Position numbers and translations under genes: made by a program
Source of the DNA: Dehalococcoidia bacterium
Lineage (GTDB): Bacteria; Chloroflexota; Dehalococcoidia; Lucifugimonadales; QGNO01
Direction: 5' to 3'
Length of the DNA: 64,000 nt
Assembly (NCBI GenBank): GCA_965249115.1
Contig: CBDFLI010000001.1
Coordinates: 417,996 to 481,995 of the forward strand
Part shown: piece by piece, positions 52,250 through 64,000 of the stretch
Layout of the letters: every line of letters begins with the position of its first letter
Position numbering within the stretch: the first letter of the stretch is position 1
The notes under the pieces: model-generated
What the model was told of the DNA's origin: nothing
The model's database searches: none
What the model saw: the letters and a program-made list of their open reading frames with translations, nothing else

Positions 52250-53494
52250 CTACGCTAGTTTGGCAAGGAGGAACTCAGCCCCAAGGAATATCATGAAAGA
52301 GGCGACAGGGGCGAGGAACGCAGTGAAGAACCGTCGGATAGAGGCAATATCGAAAGGCCAGACGGGAAAGGCCCTGGTTAAATCATAGAGGTCCTGTAGT
52401 GATTTGATCCTGTTGACGAGGTCAACACTAAGCAAGTCTCCAGACGGCGGAGCGTCCCGACTTTCCCCTTCAGCATTCAGAGCGCTGCGAGCGCCTATAT
52501 ACGCCTTGTCGAACTCTTCGGAAAGCAAGTCCAGCCGGTCCCTTTTGGCCCTTTCCATTGCCCTATGAGCCGGCCACAACGTAAGTAGGAACGCTAGCGG
52601 TGACAGCACTGCATACACGATCAGGCTCACCAAGAGCACAGGATCGCTAACTATCTCAGATATACCAGGGTCTCCCTCTGCCCTGGACACTATTGAGACG
52701 TAGGCCAACAAGATCAAAAGAAGTCCAATAACTGCGATAAACCACGTCATCCGTGTTGCAAACTCATGCAACGCCGAAAGTCCGCCACAACGATCGGGAT
52801 GCCAAGGACGAAGCCGAACAATCTCTCCCGACCTGGATGTGAAAACTCGGAAAAGTCCCGTTATCGTCGCGATGTATCGAGCGCCTATAGAGGTGATTAG
52901 GAACCAGACCAGCCAAATAGCTGGGATGGCTATCATGTAGAAGAGCCAGATATCCCTTCCAATCCGGGGAGTTCTCTCCCAGATGTTATTGAATCCTTGA
53001 ATGATGAGAGCCACCGTTACTACGATGGCCAACAATGCCGGGACCAAATGCCAGCCGGCCGCCTTCATGAGGCCCTCAATCGAACGTTCACCGCTTCTCA
53101 CAATGTTTCTAACGTCATCTCCGATGACACCGTCTCGATCCAGTGGTAGACGGGCGAACAGGGTGCCGCTACTCCGCATGATCCACGGATAAAAGGCCGC
53201 AAGCAATGGAAGCGTGACGAATTGATAGACCACAACGGGCCAATGCCCAAACTGCCAACTCACGAAGTCGTCAAAACGAGCCCCACCCTGCCACAGGGCA
53301 TATCCCAAGACAGCTCCCAAGTGTAGAAACGCGACAATGATGAATGCGAATACGACTGCGCCGAGGGACGATATACGGAGTCGCTGAACCAGAAACCTCG
53401 CCACAGGGTCCCGGACGTAGGAATCAAATTCGAGGGCATTGCCAGACTCTTGAGTCTCCGATTGCCTCCTCTGCAACATGCTTCTCAAGACCAT
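52250..53494 (-). CDS. Multi-pass membrane protein of unknown function
   Basis: About 7 TM helices; HPDRCGGL and FPVWPFD motifs. Confidence 0.7.
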   Translation of the reverse strand: MVLRSMLQRRQSETQESGNALEFDSYVRDPVARFLVQRLRISSLGAVVFAFIIVAFLHLGAVLGYALWQGGARFDDFVSWQFGHWPVVVYQFVTLPLLAAFYPWIMRSSGTLFARLPLDRDGVIGDDVRNIVRSGERSIEGLMKAAGWHLVPALLAIVVTVALIIQGFNNIWERTPRIGRDIWLFYMIAIPAIWLVWFLITSIGARYIATITGLFRVFTSRSGEIVRLRPWHPDRCGGLSALHEFATRMTWFIAVIGLLLILLAYVSIVSRAEGDPGISEIVSDPVLLVSLIVYAVLSPLAFLLTLWPAHRAMERAKRDRLDLLSEEFDKAYIGARSALNAEGESRDAPPSGDLLSVDLVNRIKSLQDLYDLTRAFPVWPFDIASIRRFFTAFLAPVASFMIFLGAEFLLAKLA

Positions 53495-53627
53495 CTATCT
53501 CACCCCCGCGGAATGTGAATCACCTTAAGGCGCCTGTTGCTTTGGTCTATACTGAGGAGCAGGTCTTTGGGCCACCTATAGTGGGAGAGACTCACATTGG
53601 GCGCCTATTGCGAATAGTAGAATCTAC

Positions 53628-54648
53628 AATGTCAACTCCAGAGAGAATATCGTCCACATTATTTTTGATAGGCGCCGCCATACTCTTGGTAGCATCCGTG
53701 GGCTGGGGTAATGTGCCGGCGATGCCGGCACATTATAGCATGGCCCTGGGAGTGCCCGGCGAAATAGTCACCGAACAACCATTGCTCCGGCTCCCACCCG
53801 AGGACTTGGAGAAGAATACCGGGATCCCGAAAGTGTTGTATTGCCAGAGTGAAAACCGTGAAGCAACCTATTTCACCTACGTTTACGTCTGGTCCTTCAG
53901 CGATTCACCCTTAGTCAGCCGGGCTCTAGGATACCCGGGCCATCGTTGGGACTATGAACCCATAATCGTAAGAGTCGATAAAGAGTCGCGGGCAAGAGCC
54001 TATATATATGATGCGGGACACTACCGCGCTCGATCGACCTCGAACGCTCATTTCGAAGTTGTATCCGGAACGCATGCATTCAAGCCGTCGCAGGAACCTG
54101 TAGGCGAGAAGCTCGGCAGCGGGCAGTTCGAACCTCTAACCTCAGACTCATTGAACATGATCAACTCACAACTGGAAAGGCTCCCTCGAATTCCTTTCAG
54201 GCCAGGTCTCAGCCTCTCCTGGGCCTGCAATGCTCCGTGGGAGGTGGAAAGGGTCGACGCCTTTTCAGGACCGACGGCCGTAGGCCGGATACCGCCTCAG
54301 GCAAATGTGCTCGGCGGCCTGGGTATTGGCATGATAGTGGCGGCTGTCAGCTGGCTTATCGTCCGGATGGTTCGTGACTATCGAACTTGGTACGGATCCC
54401 GGGTTGCGGTGTTCGGGCTATGCGGAGCTATCGTGGGTGGGATGGTCGGATATGAGATCGTCTTTGGAGTCACTGGCTCCGGTGTGCCTCGAAGTATAGC
54501 AGTGGTTCTGGGCGTTCTGGCAGGCACGGCCGCAGGGACTGGAGCTTCAGGTCTGGCAGGCGCGATTGCTAGAAGCGGGTTTCTCAGCTCCCTTGTTGCT
54601 GGAGCGATCAGTTCTTTGGCTGCCACTATATTGACGGCGGTCTGGTGA
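53628..54648 (+). CDS. Exported NPP1/Vps62-like domain with C-terminal TM helices
   Basis: Signal peptide; Y.YVW, GHRWDYEPIIVRV, GHY, GTHAF; Gly-rich TM tail. Confidence 0.55.
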
Positions 54649-54852
54649 AGATCGACCGAACTGTACTGTTGGCGCCATTTCCAACTAGGTCTGTTCACAT
54701 CTGAGACCAGGGCAGTCATTCAGATGCCGAGCAGGTATTCCGGCACTATTGTGCGGAGTGGGAGGACAATCAGACTCACTTGGAGTGGATTGAATCGCTG
54801 TGCTAGTATTCGCCTAGGTGTTTTGTACTCTGACAGTATCGGAGGGCAAGTT

Positions 54853-55020
54853 ATGGCGTTTTCGTGCCAGAATTGCAGTCATTCAACGGGAAGCTGCGTG
54901 GTCTGGAGATGTCCCAGATGTAAGGGTCTGTACTGCAACTGTTGCATCAAGACTGGTTTCTTCTCAGGTCGATGCGCGTGCGGTGGCAAGATCAGATCAG
55001 GGGACGCTGTTCGAGGCTAG
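54853..55020 (+). CDS. Small Cys-rich (Zn-finger-like) protein, 55 aa
   Basis: GGAGG RBS; 10 Cys in CxxC/CxC patterns. Confidence 0.55.
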   Translation: MAFSCQNCSHSTGSCVVWRCPRCKGLYCNCCIKTGFFSGRCACGGKIRSGDAVRG

Positions 55021-55196
55021 TTAGTTACTTACCAAGGACCTTGACCAGGCTCCCATTTATCACAGGGTATTTGGGGAATCGCAATCTTTCATTGCTCCGC
55101 CTGAGCCGGAGCCACCGTCGGTGGTGGGAGTGAAGGCCCCAGCGTGCGCTCCAAGAGCATCCTGAGTTCATCAAGATAAAGCAGCTGGCCCACATG

Positions 55197-56744
55197 TGTT
55201 GGCAATCAGCACAAGTGGGACAGATTAGGACCCGAGAAGATTATTATTATGAAGAGCTGCGTGGGAGCTCCCTGAGGGTCTTGTTGTAGCGTCTTCGCCG
55301 TTCTAACGTCTGGACCTGCACCTCCTTTCTCCGTTGGAGGATCTGCTCCCGCCTTCCGTTGAGCATGTCTGCGGGCGTCACGTTGGCCAGCGCCTTGTGA
55401 TAGCGTCGGTAGTTGTAGTAGGCCACGAAGGCGGCGATTGCTGCTTCCAGGGCAGAAGGCATCTCGTAGGGGACCTGTTTGACGTCCCGCTTGATACTCT
55501 GGTGATAGCGCTCGAGCTTGCCATTGGTCTGAGGGTGGAACGGCGCGGCCAGAATGTGCTTGATTCCCACCAGGTGCAGGTAGTCTCTGAAGCCACGGGA
55601 GACATAACCTGAGCCGTTATCGCTCAGCAGGCTGGTCCGGTCGGCCACTGGGACCTCAGTCATGCCGGTCTTGTCCACGGCCTCTTGGACCACCTCGATG
55701 AGAGAGTCGGTGGTCATGTCCCGCTGGAGCTTGTGGGCCAGTATGAAGCGGGAGTAGTCGTCCATCACGGTGACCAGGTAGTAGTAGCCCCAACCGATCA
55801 CCTTGAAGTAGGAGGCGTCGGTAGCCCACATCTGGTGAGGGCCGCTGGTCTTGCGATGGTACTCTTTGCCGGCCTTGAGCTGCATCTCGGGTGACTTCAC
55901 AAGACCTTCTCTGCACAGGATGCGATACACAGTGGACTCGGATACAGCGAAGGCCAGGTTGTCTGTAGACCACGCTGCCAACTGGCGGCTACTTAGCTCC
56001 GGCATCTCCCTGGCCGCTTCCAGGATCGACCGTTCCTCCTGAGGTCTAAGGCGGTTCCACGGTGGAGCGCTGGCTCCAGGTCGGTCCTCGAGACCTTGTT
56101 GATGTTGTTGTCGCATCAACCACCGATAGTAGGTGCTCTTGGGAACACCCAGGTCTCTGAGCACCCGACGCTTGGCCAGCGGTGATGCGGCTACACTGGC
56201 CAGGACCGTCGCCTTCTCAACGGCGCTCATCCGCTGGTACCGACGCCGTTCTGGGGCATTGGTATGGCCGTTTTTTTCAGACGGTAGACCTCGAGGGATA
56301 GCTCGGCTACCAGCTGCTTGAGCTCGCCGTTCTCCCGCTTGAGATCCTGGATCTCCTGCCGGGTGGCATCGCGCACCGTGTCACGGGACAGCCGCTCCCT
56401 GCCCGCCTCCATGAACTCCTTGGTCCACGAGTAGTAGGAGTGGGGCTTGATACCCTCCCGCCGGCACAGGTCGTTCACGGTGACCTCGCGGCGGAAGCCC
56501 TCCAGCACGATACGGATCTTCTCTTCCGGGGTGTATTTGCGCCGGGTAGCCGCTCTAACTCGTCGAACGAAGGACCTAGTCTGCTCCGACCGCTGATCGG
56601 CGGCCTCGGCCTTGCTGACGTCTGACTGGGACATCGCTGCTCCTTTCATGAGGTACTCTACCCTCACTTCAGGAGCTCACACCACTCTCAGACTCTCGGG
56701 TTTTCTACCCCTCTCACGTGTCCCATTATCGCTGACGGTCTACA
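55197..56744 (-). mobile_element. IS3-family element, divergent relative of 8444-9988
   Basis: Same IRL TGTAGACCGTCAGCGATAATGGGACAC; orfA 56227-56634, orfB 55247-56230; A7 slip site. Confidence 0.92.
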
Positions 56745-59555
56745 GTAACTTGCTACGAACTCAGCGAAGCCTTCATTGAACCAATGGCCAACACCCAGGT
56801 TGTAATAGTGGGTGGTTTCGTGATGAATCACATGCTTATCATTGGCCCCGTCTCTCTCTATCTGTATGTGAGTCCCAGCGTAGTACCCAACTGAAACCAA
56901 GCTACCGGGATCGCCTAACAGGACGATAATGTCTGTCGTGGGGAAGGACGTTCCAATGAGGGCCTCTGACGCCCGCGCAGCTTCTTCGATCAGTTCGATT
57001 GTGTCGTCTGAATCGGGAAACGGCTTGTGCCAGAAGACCCAAACATCCACGTTGCCGGCCAAGGGCAGTGATATGGTCGCGGATCGAGTAAAGTGGGTCC
57101 GAAGAAAATCTCGATACATGGCATCTGGTTGGCCATATTTTCTCGTTACAGACAGGAAGGCGGTCTCTTCGTTATTTAGACCATCGGTAAACCAAGGTTG
57201 ACTGGTCAGAGGTGCCGTGTCGTCCTCTTCGCTTAGACGGTTCAGCGTTGAAATGGCGTGCAAGTCTCGATCCCTGAGTGGATCATCGAGTATCCCCATG
57301 GAAACAATCTGACGTGCCAATTCACGATCTCTAACGGCGATGGAGGCCAGACTGACAATGCCATTTGACTCTCTTTGAGAAACGCCATCTGCCAGCCAGG
57401 AGTAGCCCAACGGCCGTTCAGGAAACTCTTGTACCTGCTTGGCAATCAGGGCAATCCCGATGATCGCCCGCAACTCCCGCACAGTCAGGCCGTCAGCCAA
57501 CCACTGGTAGTCCGCCGCCTGCTCTTCGGACTCGGAGACTATTCCCAACAGGTAAGGTACGAGGGTACCGAGAGTTATCTGTCTCGCTGCCTCGGGGTCG
57601 ACTTGGACAAGTGGCTGTAGAAGTCGCCCAATGAGATCAACCTCATCCCATGTCACGCCGTCAGCCAGCCACTGGTAGTCCATCACATGTATGGCTGCCT
57701 CTACCCCTCCGCTCTCCGCGAAGAAATACAGGGTGGCGAACGCTTGTGATTCAGAGTAGGTGATGCCATCACTCATCCATGTGTACTTCAACGCGCGGTC
57801 AACTAACTCTGGGAACCGTTGCGCCAGTTCTGATAGTCGGAAGATGCCCTCTGCTTCGGCCTCTGTGATATCGTCGGCCAGCCAGGCGTATCCCAGTAGA
57901 CGCTCTAAGGAAGGGGGGTTACCCTTAGCAATGCCAGCGATTCCGATGACCACGTTCAGCTCTTGCGCATTCACACCGTCAATCAACCACTGGTAGTCCG
58001 CAGCCTGCCTGTCGGACTCGGTGCCTATTCCCAACAGGTAAGGCACAAGTGTGCCACGACTGATCTGTCTCGCTGCCTCTGGATCCTTAATCACTAGTTG
58101 AGTTAGTAGGCCTATGACGGTAATCTCTTCCCATGTAGCGCTGTCGGCCACCCACTGGTATTCCATTACTTGTTGGGCTGCCGCTATTCCCCCATTTGCC
58201 GCAAAGTCGTACAGGGAGGAAAGCGCTACTGCTTCACGCTGGTCGATACCATAACTAACCCACTCGTAATTCAAAACACTGTCAAGTAGTTCTGGGGCTT
58301 GTAACCCCTGATCTGATAATACGAAGAGGGCATATGAGTCGTCCGTAGTGATATCGTCAGCTAACCAAGCGAAACTCAACACACGTTCAGCGAAGCTGGG
58401 GTCATGCTTGGCAATCAAAGCAATTCTGAGGATTGCATGCAACTCGTGCCCATCTACTCCGTCAGCCAACCACGGGTAATCACCTTCCTGCTTGGCCAAC
58501 TCGGGGCCAAGCTCCAATAGATAAGGAGCGAGCGTACCATGACTGATATGTCTCGACGCCTCTGGATCGTCTTCGACGAGTTGTACTAGTAGTCCTATCG
58601 CTTGCCGCTCATCCCATGTCAGGTCGTCTGCCAGCCACTGGTAGTCCATTACTTGTTGAGCCGCCTCTACTCCCCCACGTTCCGCGAAGTCGTACAGGGA
58701 GGAGAGCGCCACTTCTTCATGGTGGTCGACACCATCGCCCAACCATGGGTACCGCAGCACGCGGTCAGTCAACTCTGGGCCCTGCAGCGCCCAATGTGAT
58801 AGTGCGTAGAGGCGCTCTGCTTCGGCCCTGGCGACACCGTCGGCCAGGGAGGTGTCACTCAACACACGCTCAGCGAGACTGGGATTATGCTTGGCAATGA
58901 GAGCAATTCCGACGAACGCTTGCACCTCCCGCGCGTCCAGCCCTTCGGTCAACCACGGGTAATCCGCTGCCTTCTTGGCGGACTCGGAGCTCAGTCTCAA
59001 CAGGTAAGGTCTAGGCTCTTGTTTGACGATTGTGCGCACTAATTCTGGGTCTTCGTGGATAACAGATGACAATGTTTCAAGGACAGATTCTTCATACCAG
59101 GTAATACCATCTGCCACCCAGAGCAGCCGAGCAACTCCGGCGCCGAGGTCTGGGTCCAGGTGCCACATCCGCCCAATTGACTCCGCAGCGAGGCTGTGAG
59201 CTTCATCTGGCGGATCGTCGAACCAATCGAGAATGTCAGACGGGTGAGTGATCGGTTCGGGTGACGGAGTACCTGTCGGCGTTGGGGAAGGTGTGCTGGT
59301 TGGCTCAGGTGTGGCAGTCGGTGTTGGGGAAGGTGTGCTGGTTGGCTCAGGCGTGGCGGCCGGCGCGGGCTGCGCCTGAGCGGTGGGGATTGCTGTCGGT
59401 GTGGCCGTTGATGTGGGCTCCGGCGTTGCGGTGTTGGTCGGTGTCGCCTGGGCTTCGGCAGGGGTTGGCTCAGGTGGGTTGGAGTCCCTGCTGCAGCCAG
59501 CAAGGATACATGCGAGCACAACGGTTAATGTCCCGTAGGCCAACCATCGTGTCAT
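56745..59555 (-). pseudogene. Repeat lipoprotein with a gluzincin metallopeptidase domain, truncated by IS
   Basis: LAGC lipobox; PT linker; W(L/V)ADG repeats; HETTH...NEGFAEF directly before the IS end. Confidence 0.75.
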
Positions 59556-60209
59556 GTGAGCCGCCTTATGGATATTGCCCTCGGACTTGTCCCATAGCAA
59601 ACCTTCCCTCTGGACTGGGGTTCGGAATCCAGTATCACACCAAGAGACTTAGGATAGGAATAGGAATAAGGTTAGGATAAGGGTCGATCACGAAATATGT
59701 CGGCCCAGCAGCCGTCACGGGTTGTGCTTTTCTGGAAGGAAGGCCGGAATCAGGCGTTGGACGGGTCGGCTGGCTCGGCTGCGGATCTGCTGGAGGCCAC
59801 AGCCCGCGCCCTCTGATTGGTCAGACAGACCTTGAGTGACTCGGGCAGATAGGTGCTGTCGCTATCTCTGGCGACTGGAAGGGACGGCTGCTTCTTCCGC
59901 AGCTGGTTGAAGAAATCGGTTACGTTGACCGAAGGCCGAGGACGCCGACTGCATAGCAAGCACCTTCCCGCAGTCTGCGCGAAAGTCGAGACACAGTTCG
60001 GAACGTACCTTATTTGCGTCCATCATTGCCCTGGCTCAAGAACCTGCCCCATTGGCGAGAACGGCTGGCGGCACTCAACGATGGTAGGTTTTCGCCAAAG
60101 CTGCGCAAGTCGCGTGAAGACTACCAATCGCTTGCAGCACTGTGATCGGCCCACCAAACTGAGGTCAAAGGTAAATACAAACTGGCGACCGCTGGGATTC
60201 CAGTCCATT

Positions 60210-61230
60210 TCACTCACTGAGGAGACGGCACCGATCTCGTACACTCTGGGGGAATAGGTTGCCTCCCGCACATGGTGAAGAGACGATGTTCGCGCCATAG
60301 GCTTCCACTAGGATCTCAATTACCTGGGTAACCGTCTGTCCCGCTTCAAGGGAATCTAGGATGTGCACCTTTAACTGTTGTGCTAAAGATGAATTTGCCT
60401 CCTTCAGCGATTGATCCCCAACAGGGTCCTGGATAACCCCGTAGAGCCATTGCGCTACCTTCTCCGGTGCGGCATCAGCCGATGGGGGCGCTGGATCGGC
60501 TCGCGGTTTGGCGTCAGTTCCGGCGAGGACATTACCCAGCTTGCCTGCAACATCTTCCGCTAACCTCTGCGTGGCACTTCTCCCGCAGAAAGGCTCCAAC
60601 TGACCCTCTTCTTGAGCAGCCATTGTCCAAGATACCAAGGAAATCTTAAGTTGGTGACCGGTCACCATTGAGCCAAGGGTGGCAAATTCCTTCGTATCTC
60701 CAAAATGGCCACTATCCTCCGCGAACCACTTCACTACCGTTCCATCCACCTCATAGGTCCATCCTTGCTGTTTCAACTCCTTTTCATGTTTTTGCAGTGC
60801 ATTCTCACTTTCAAAGTAGCTGACGCGGACACCGAACGTGCGTTGATTTCCGGTATCGGAGTCACTTTGTTCTACACTTCGTATCGCATCCCAAAGTTGG
60901 GGTGAATCTGAGTCCCTCGCAGATATGGTCATCCCTGGGTGTAATTCCAGGGACTCACCGCGCCAAGCCAGACCCTCGTTTACGTGGAGTCTCACAATGT
61001 CGGGGCATTGTCCAACAACGGTGTCCCAGCTCAGAAGGTACTCAGCATCTGCCATAGTGTGAGTAAGAACATATCCACCACCTAGAGGAGTGGCGTTTGG
61101 TGCTACTGGCGTCGCATTCTGGCATGCCCCTATGAACAGCACCAGAAGGCAGAGCGCCACGATGGTTGGCGCACGAGTCCTGCAAACCGTGAACGCTAGA
61201 AATCTATATCTTATCTTCTTGTGATGTTTC
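60210..61230 (-). CDS. Lipoprotein with C-terminal CcmH/CycL-like domain
   Basis: IGAC lipobox; QSLKEANSSLAQQLK..I...L.AG.T..Q.I..LVEAYG..I...P. Confidence 0.55.
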
Positions 61231-61278
61231 ATCTTCTGGCATCCGCCTCGATTGAAGACCTCGCGCGTCGGCATACTG

Positions 61279-61977
61279 CTAGCGTCTCCAACGCCACGGG
61301 TTTCTGGAGACCAGGGCTTGCCTGGAGACAAGCCGCCCGATAGCCCAGGCCATTACCGCAGCCGAGAGTACACCGATGGTTAGCACTGAGAAGGGCACGT
61401 CCCCCATTAGACCGTCAAGGAATTCCCCTATTGGCTCCGCAGAGAAGGCCAGAGCCAGCCCCGCTCCGGTGGCTATCCCCAGGGTTACTAGAAGTAGGAC
61501 CAGAGAGAAGAAAAACGCCTCTTGTACTTCGCTGGCATCGGCGCGTCGTCGCCGGGAGTCCTGCTGGGCGTCACTCATCCAAAGCACCGTTCGGATCAGA
61601 AGATAGCCCGTCAGGATGATGACACCCAGAGAGACCAGGCCGGTCTGGGTGACGTTTGGTTCCACGTTCAGGTCAGCGAACCGCAGCCAGTCCAAAGAGC
61701 TATGGGCGTAGAGGGAGGGAAGAAAGAAGAGAAACAGAATCAGGGCGAACAGGCCAGCCATGCGGCCCATGAATGAAAGCAGTAGGCCCTGTCCCAAGAA
61801 GATTCCCCACAGGACAAGAGCGAATGTTCTCGTATCCCAACCCCAGAGCTCAGTCAATGTATCGTTCAACCACCGCTCATAGAAGAAGGACGATTGAAAT
61901 ACAAAGGTTGTGCTCGCGCTCATTGCAACGATGGCCACCAGATGGATGATGAATGCTAGTAAGCGGACTGGCATCAT
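61279..61977 (-). CDS. Membrane protein, MoxR operon
   Basis: Multiple TM helices; ATGA overlap with the DUF58 gene. Confidence 0.7.
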   Translation of the reverse strand: MMPVRLLAFIIHLVAIVAMSASTTFVFQSSFFYERWLNDTLTELWGWDTRTFALVLWGIFLGQGLLLSFMGRMAGLFALILFLFFLPSLYAHSSLDWLRFADLNVEPNVTQTGLVSLGVIILTGYLLIRTVLWMSDAQQDSRRRRADASEVQEAFFFSLVLLLVTLGIATGAGLALAFSAEPIGEFLDGLMGDVPFSVLTIGVLSAAVMAWAIGRLVSRQALVSRNPWRWRR

Positions 61978-63290
61978 CTGGTCCTCAACTGCCTCATCAA
62001 CGCGGTGGCGAAGTCGTACCTGGTCGGGTCCCACTCAAGCACAGAGACCCCCGATCCCCGGAGGCGGGTGACCGCCGATCTAGTCTGGAGCCGGTAGAAG
62101 GTCTGGGCGTTCTCCTCCAGCTCTCCCTCCCTGGGAGCGAAGTAGTAGCCATTTACTCCCACCACCATGACTGGCGGATGCAATCTTCTCTGGGGGTTCA
62201 TCTGGATAATCGCGCGTGTCCCCAGCAAGATTGGCGACGCGTCGCCTATGTCCAATCTGGTTACGACGATGCTGAGCGGCTTGAACCACAGGAGGTACTT
62301 CTTGCACGCCTCCACCGCCTGTCGAAGGTCACTGGTCTCTTTTGAGGTCTCTAAAGCAACCAGCTCACGGGACACTCGGTAGAACTGGCGCATGCCCGTG
62401 TCAGGATAGAGGAGCTTCTCGGGACGGTAGTTGTAGACGTAGGCGCCGACCCGGTATCCCCTCTCCAGGAAGTAGAGGGCAAGGCCGCCGGTGGCCTCGG
62501 CGGCCCGCTCGAAGGCGTTGTCTATGTTGGTGCCGATCTCCATGTAGGAGGCGGCATCCAGAAAGAGCCAGACGGCCTTCCTTCCCTCAAACTCATACTC
62601 GTTGACCAGCGGGAGCCTGGCGCCTCTGGTCAAACGGCGGGCGGTGGCCTTCCAGTTGATGCTCTTCACCGCGTCGCCAGGCTGATACTCTCGTATCTCT
62701 CGAAAGTCGGTGGTAGCTACGCCCATCCTGGCGACATCGGAGGTGGGGGGCGATGTATCGGCGATCCCCCGCATCCCTCTGATTCGTCGTATGTTGGTGA
62801 TGCGGGGCGATACCACCATGTCTATCCTCTCGCCAACGACCAACTGCCGAGGAAGGTAGAAACCCAGAGGGTGCTTCATCTCGACGGAGGTGGGCTCTAT
62901 GGAGTATCTACCTCGCTTGGCGCACCGGAAACGATAGCTGAGAGTGAGGGGGCGCCGTCCCCACCAGACCCAGGCAACCCGCAGGTTGTTCCCCTCCACC
63001 AGCTCGAACTCCTCGGGGAGGGTGTCGGCCAGGGTCAAAATGGCCACACCAGGCCCCTCCAAGCGGACGTTCCAGGTGATCTCCACCACCTCGTTGACCC
63101 AGGGGCGGCCCTTATCAATGCTTCTCTCCGCAGAGATTCCCCTTGGCATGGTCAGGGCAACCCCCAGTAGGGCGAAGATGAGGGGAACGACAGCTATGTA
63201 CAGGAACAGGAGATTGCCCAGAAAGAGGGCTATAAAGAGCAGAATGACAAAGATCACCAGCGGCTGGGCTGCTACGTTCGTCAGTGTCAT
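61974..63290 (-). CDS. DUF58 domain protein
   Basis: [37 protein letters not shown]; ATG at 63290 overlaps the moxR stop. Confidence 0.88.
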   Translation of the reverse strand: MTLTNVAAQPLVIFVILLFIALFLGNLLFLYIAVVPLIFALLGVALTMPRGISAERSIDKGRPWVNEVVEITWNVRLEGPGVAILTLADTLPEEFELVEGNNLRVAWVWWGRRPLTLSYRFRCAKRGRYSIEPTSVEMKHPLGFYLPRQLVVGERIDMVVSPRITNIRRIRGMRGIADTSPPTSDVARMGVATTDFREIREYQPGDAVKSINWKATARRLTRGARLPLVNEYEFEGRKAVWLFLDAASYMEIGTNIDNAFERAAEATGGLALYFLERGYRVGAYVYNYRPEKLLYPDTGMRQFYRVSRELVALETSKETSDLRQAVEACKKYLLWFKPLSIVVTRLDIGDASPILLGTRAIIQMNPQRRLHPPVMVVGVNGYYFAPREGELEENAQTFYRLQTRSAVTRLRGSGVSVLEWDPTRYDFATALMRQLRTR

Positions 63291-64000
63291 GGCCTGCGTT
63301 GGAACTCCGTCGGCACCTCTACCTGGCTGACCACCTCCTCCACTATCGACTCCTCGGAAACGCCTTCCAGAACATCCTCGATGTTGAGGATCAGGCGGTG
63401 CGCCAGCGTATCGGTCGAGATGAGCTTTATGTCGTCCGGGGTAACGAAGTCGCGGCCGTAGGTGACGGCCATGGCTCGCGCCGCCTTCACCAGAGCTAGA
63501 CCACCCCTTGGGCTGGAACCTACGCTGACTCGCGGGTGCTCTCGCGTGCCCCGTATCATTTCCGCTACGTAACTCAGAATCTGCGGGTCCACGTATATGG
63601 ACGATTCGGCAAGTCCACCAAGGTGGCGGAACTGGTCCTGGGTGACCACCGGCTCCACATCCCTCGTGGGGTCGTCCTTCTGCCAATCAATGCGCCGGCT
63701 CAGTATCAGGACCTCCTCATCCCTGGAAGAGGCGTATCCCGTGGACAGGCGGAACATGAAGCGGTCCATCTGCGCCTCGGGCAGCGGGTACGTTCCCTCC
63801 TGTTCTATGGGGTTCTGGGTTGCCAGCACGAAGAATGGAGGCTCCAAAGTGTGGGTCACGCCCTCTATAGACACCTGATGCTCCTCCATCGCCTCCAGGA
63901 GGGCGGCCTGCGTCTTGGGGGGAGAGCGATTGATCTCGTCGGCCAGGAGTATGTTGGTGAAGACGGGGCCTTTGATGAGCGAAAAGGAGGAATCCCGCTG
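63287..64000 (-). CDS. moxR: MoxR-family AAA+ ATPase (5' end outside window)
   Basis: [63 protein letters not shown]. Confidence 0.93.
   Translation of the reverse strand, partial: QRDSSFSLIKGPVFTNILLADEINRSPPKTQAALLEAMEEHQVSIEGVTHTLEPPFFVLATQNPIEQEGTYPLPEAQMDRFMFRLSTGYASSRDEEVLILSRRIDWQKDDPTRDVEPVVTQDQFRHLGGLAESSIYVDPQILSYVAEMIRGTREHPRVSVGSSPRGGLALVKAARAMAVTYGRDFVTPDDIKLISTDTLAHRLILNIEDVLEGVSEESIVEEVVSQVEVPTEFQRRP

Noticed and set aside
59647-59683. TTAGGATAGGAATAGGAATAAGGTTAGGATAAGGG telomere-like or iteron repeats
   Set aside because: Short, degenerate, low-complexity tract with no supporting context
60148-60156. GGCCCACCA as a fourth att site
   Set aside because: Only the 9-bp core matches; the adjoining AC...AGAAC...TTT pattern is absent
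63291-63686. N-terminal extension of the 570-aa DUF58 ORF
   Set aside because: It overlaps moxR; the ATGA-coupled start at 63290 is more plausible

Overview
High-GC accessory region, by inference from a Chloroflexota (Dehalococcoidia/SAR202-like) genome that may be host-associated. It begins with the 3' part of a 2-aminoethylphosphonate biosynthesis operon (PEP mutase, split TPP decarboxylase, AEP transaminase) and ends with a MoxR/DUF58 operon. Between them lies a heavily rearranged mosaic. It contains three related tRNA-3'-end-like att sites (2781, 5562 and, inverted, 51824), an IstB/large-serine-recombinase chimera, several IS3-family elements and fragments, and an IS256 with iterated right ends. 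It also has two toxin-antitoxin pairs, a duplicated Replic_Relax-like gene, an aapJQMP amino-acid ABC transporter, and an intact group II intron (29132-31540) inside a PRTRC-type ThiF gene. Several repeat surface proteins are present. The largest is a 4984-aa protein in which seven 7-bladed FG-GAP propellers are each inserted inside an FN3 domain. I found no tRNA, rRNA or CRISPR array. All family assignments come from motif recognition by eye; no database searches were run.
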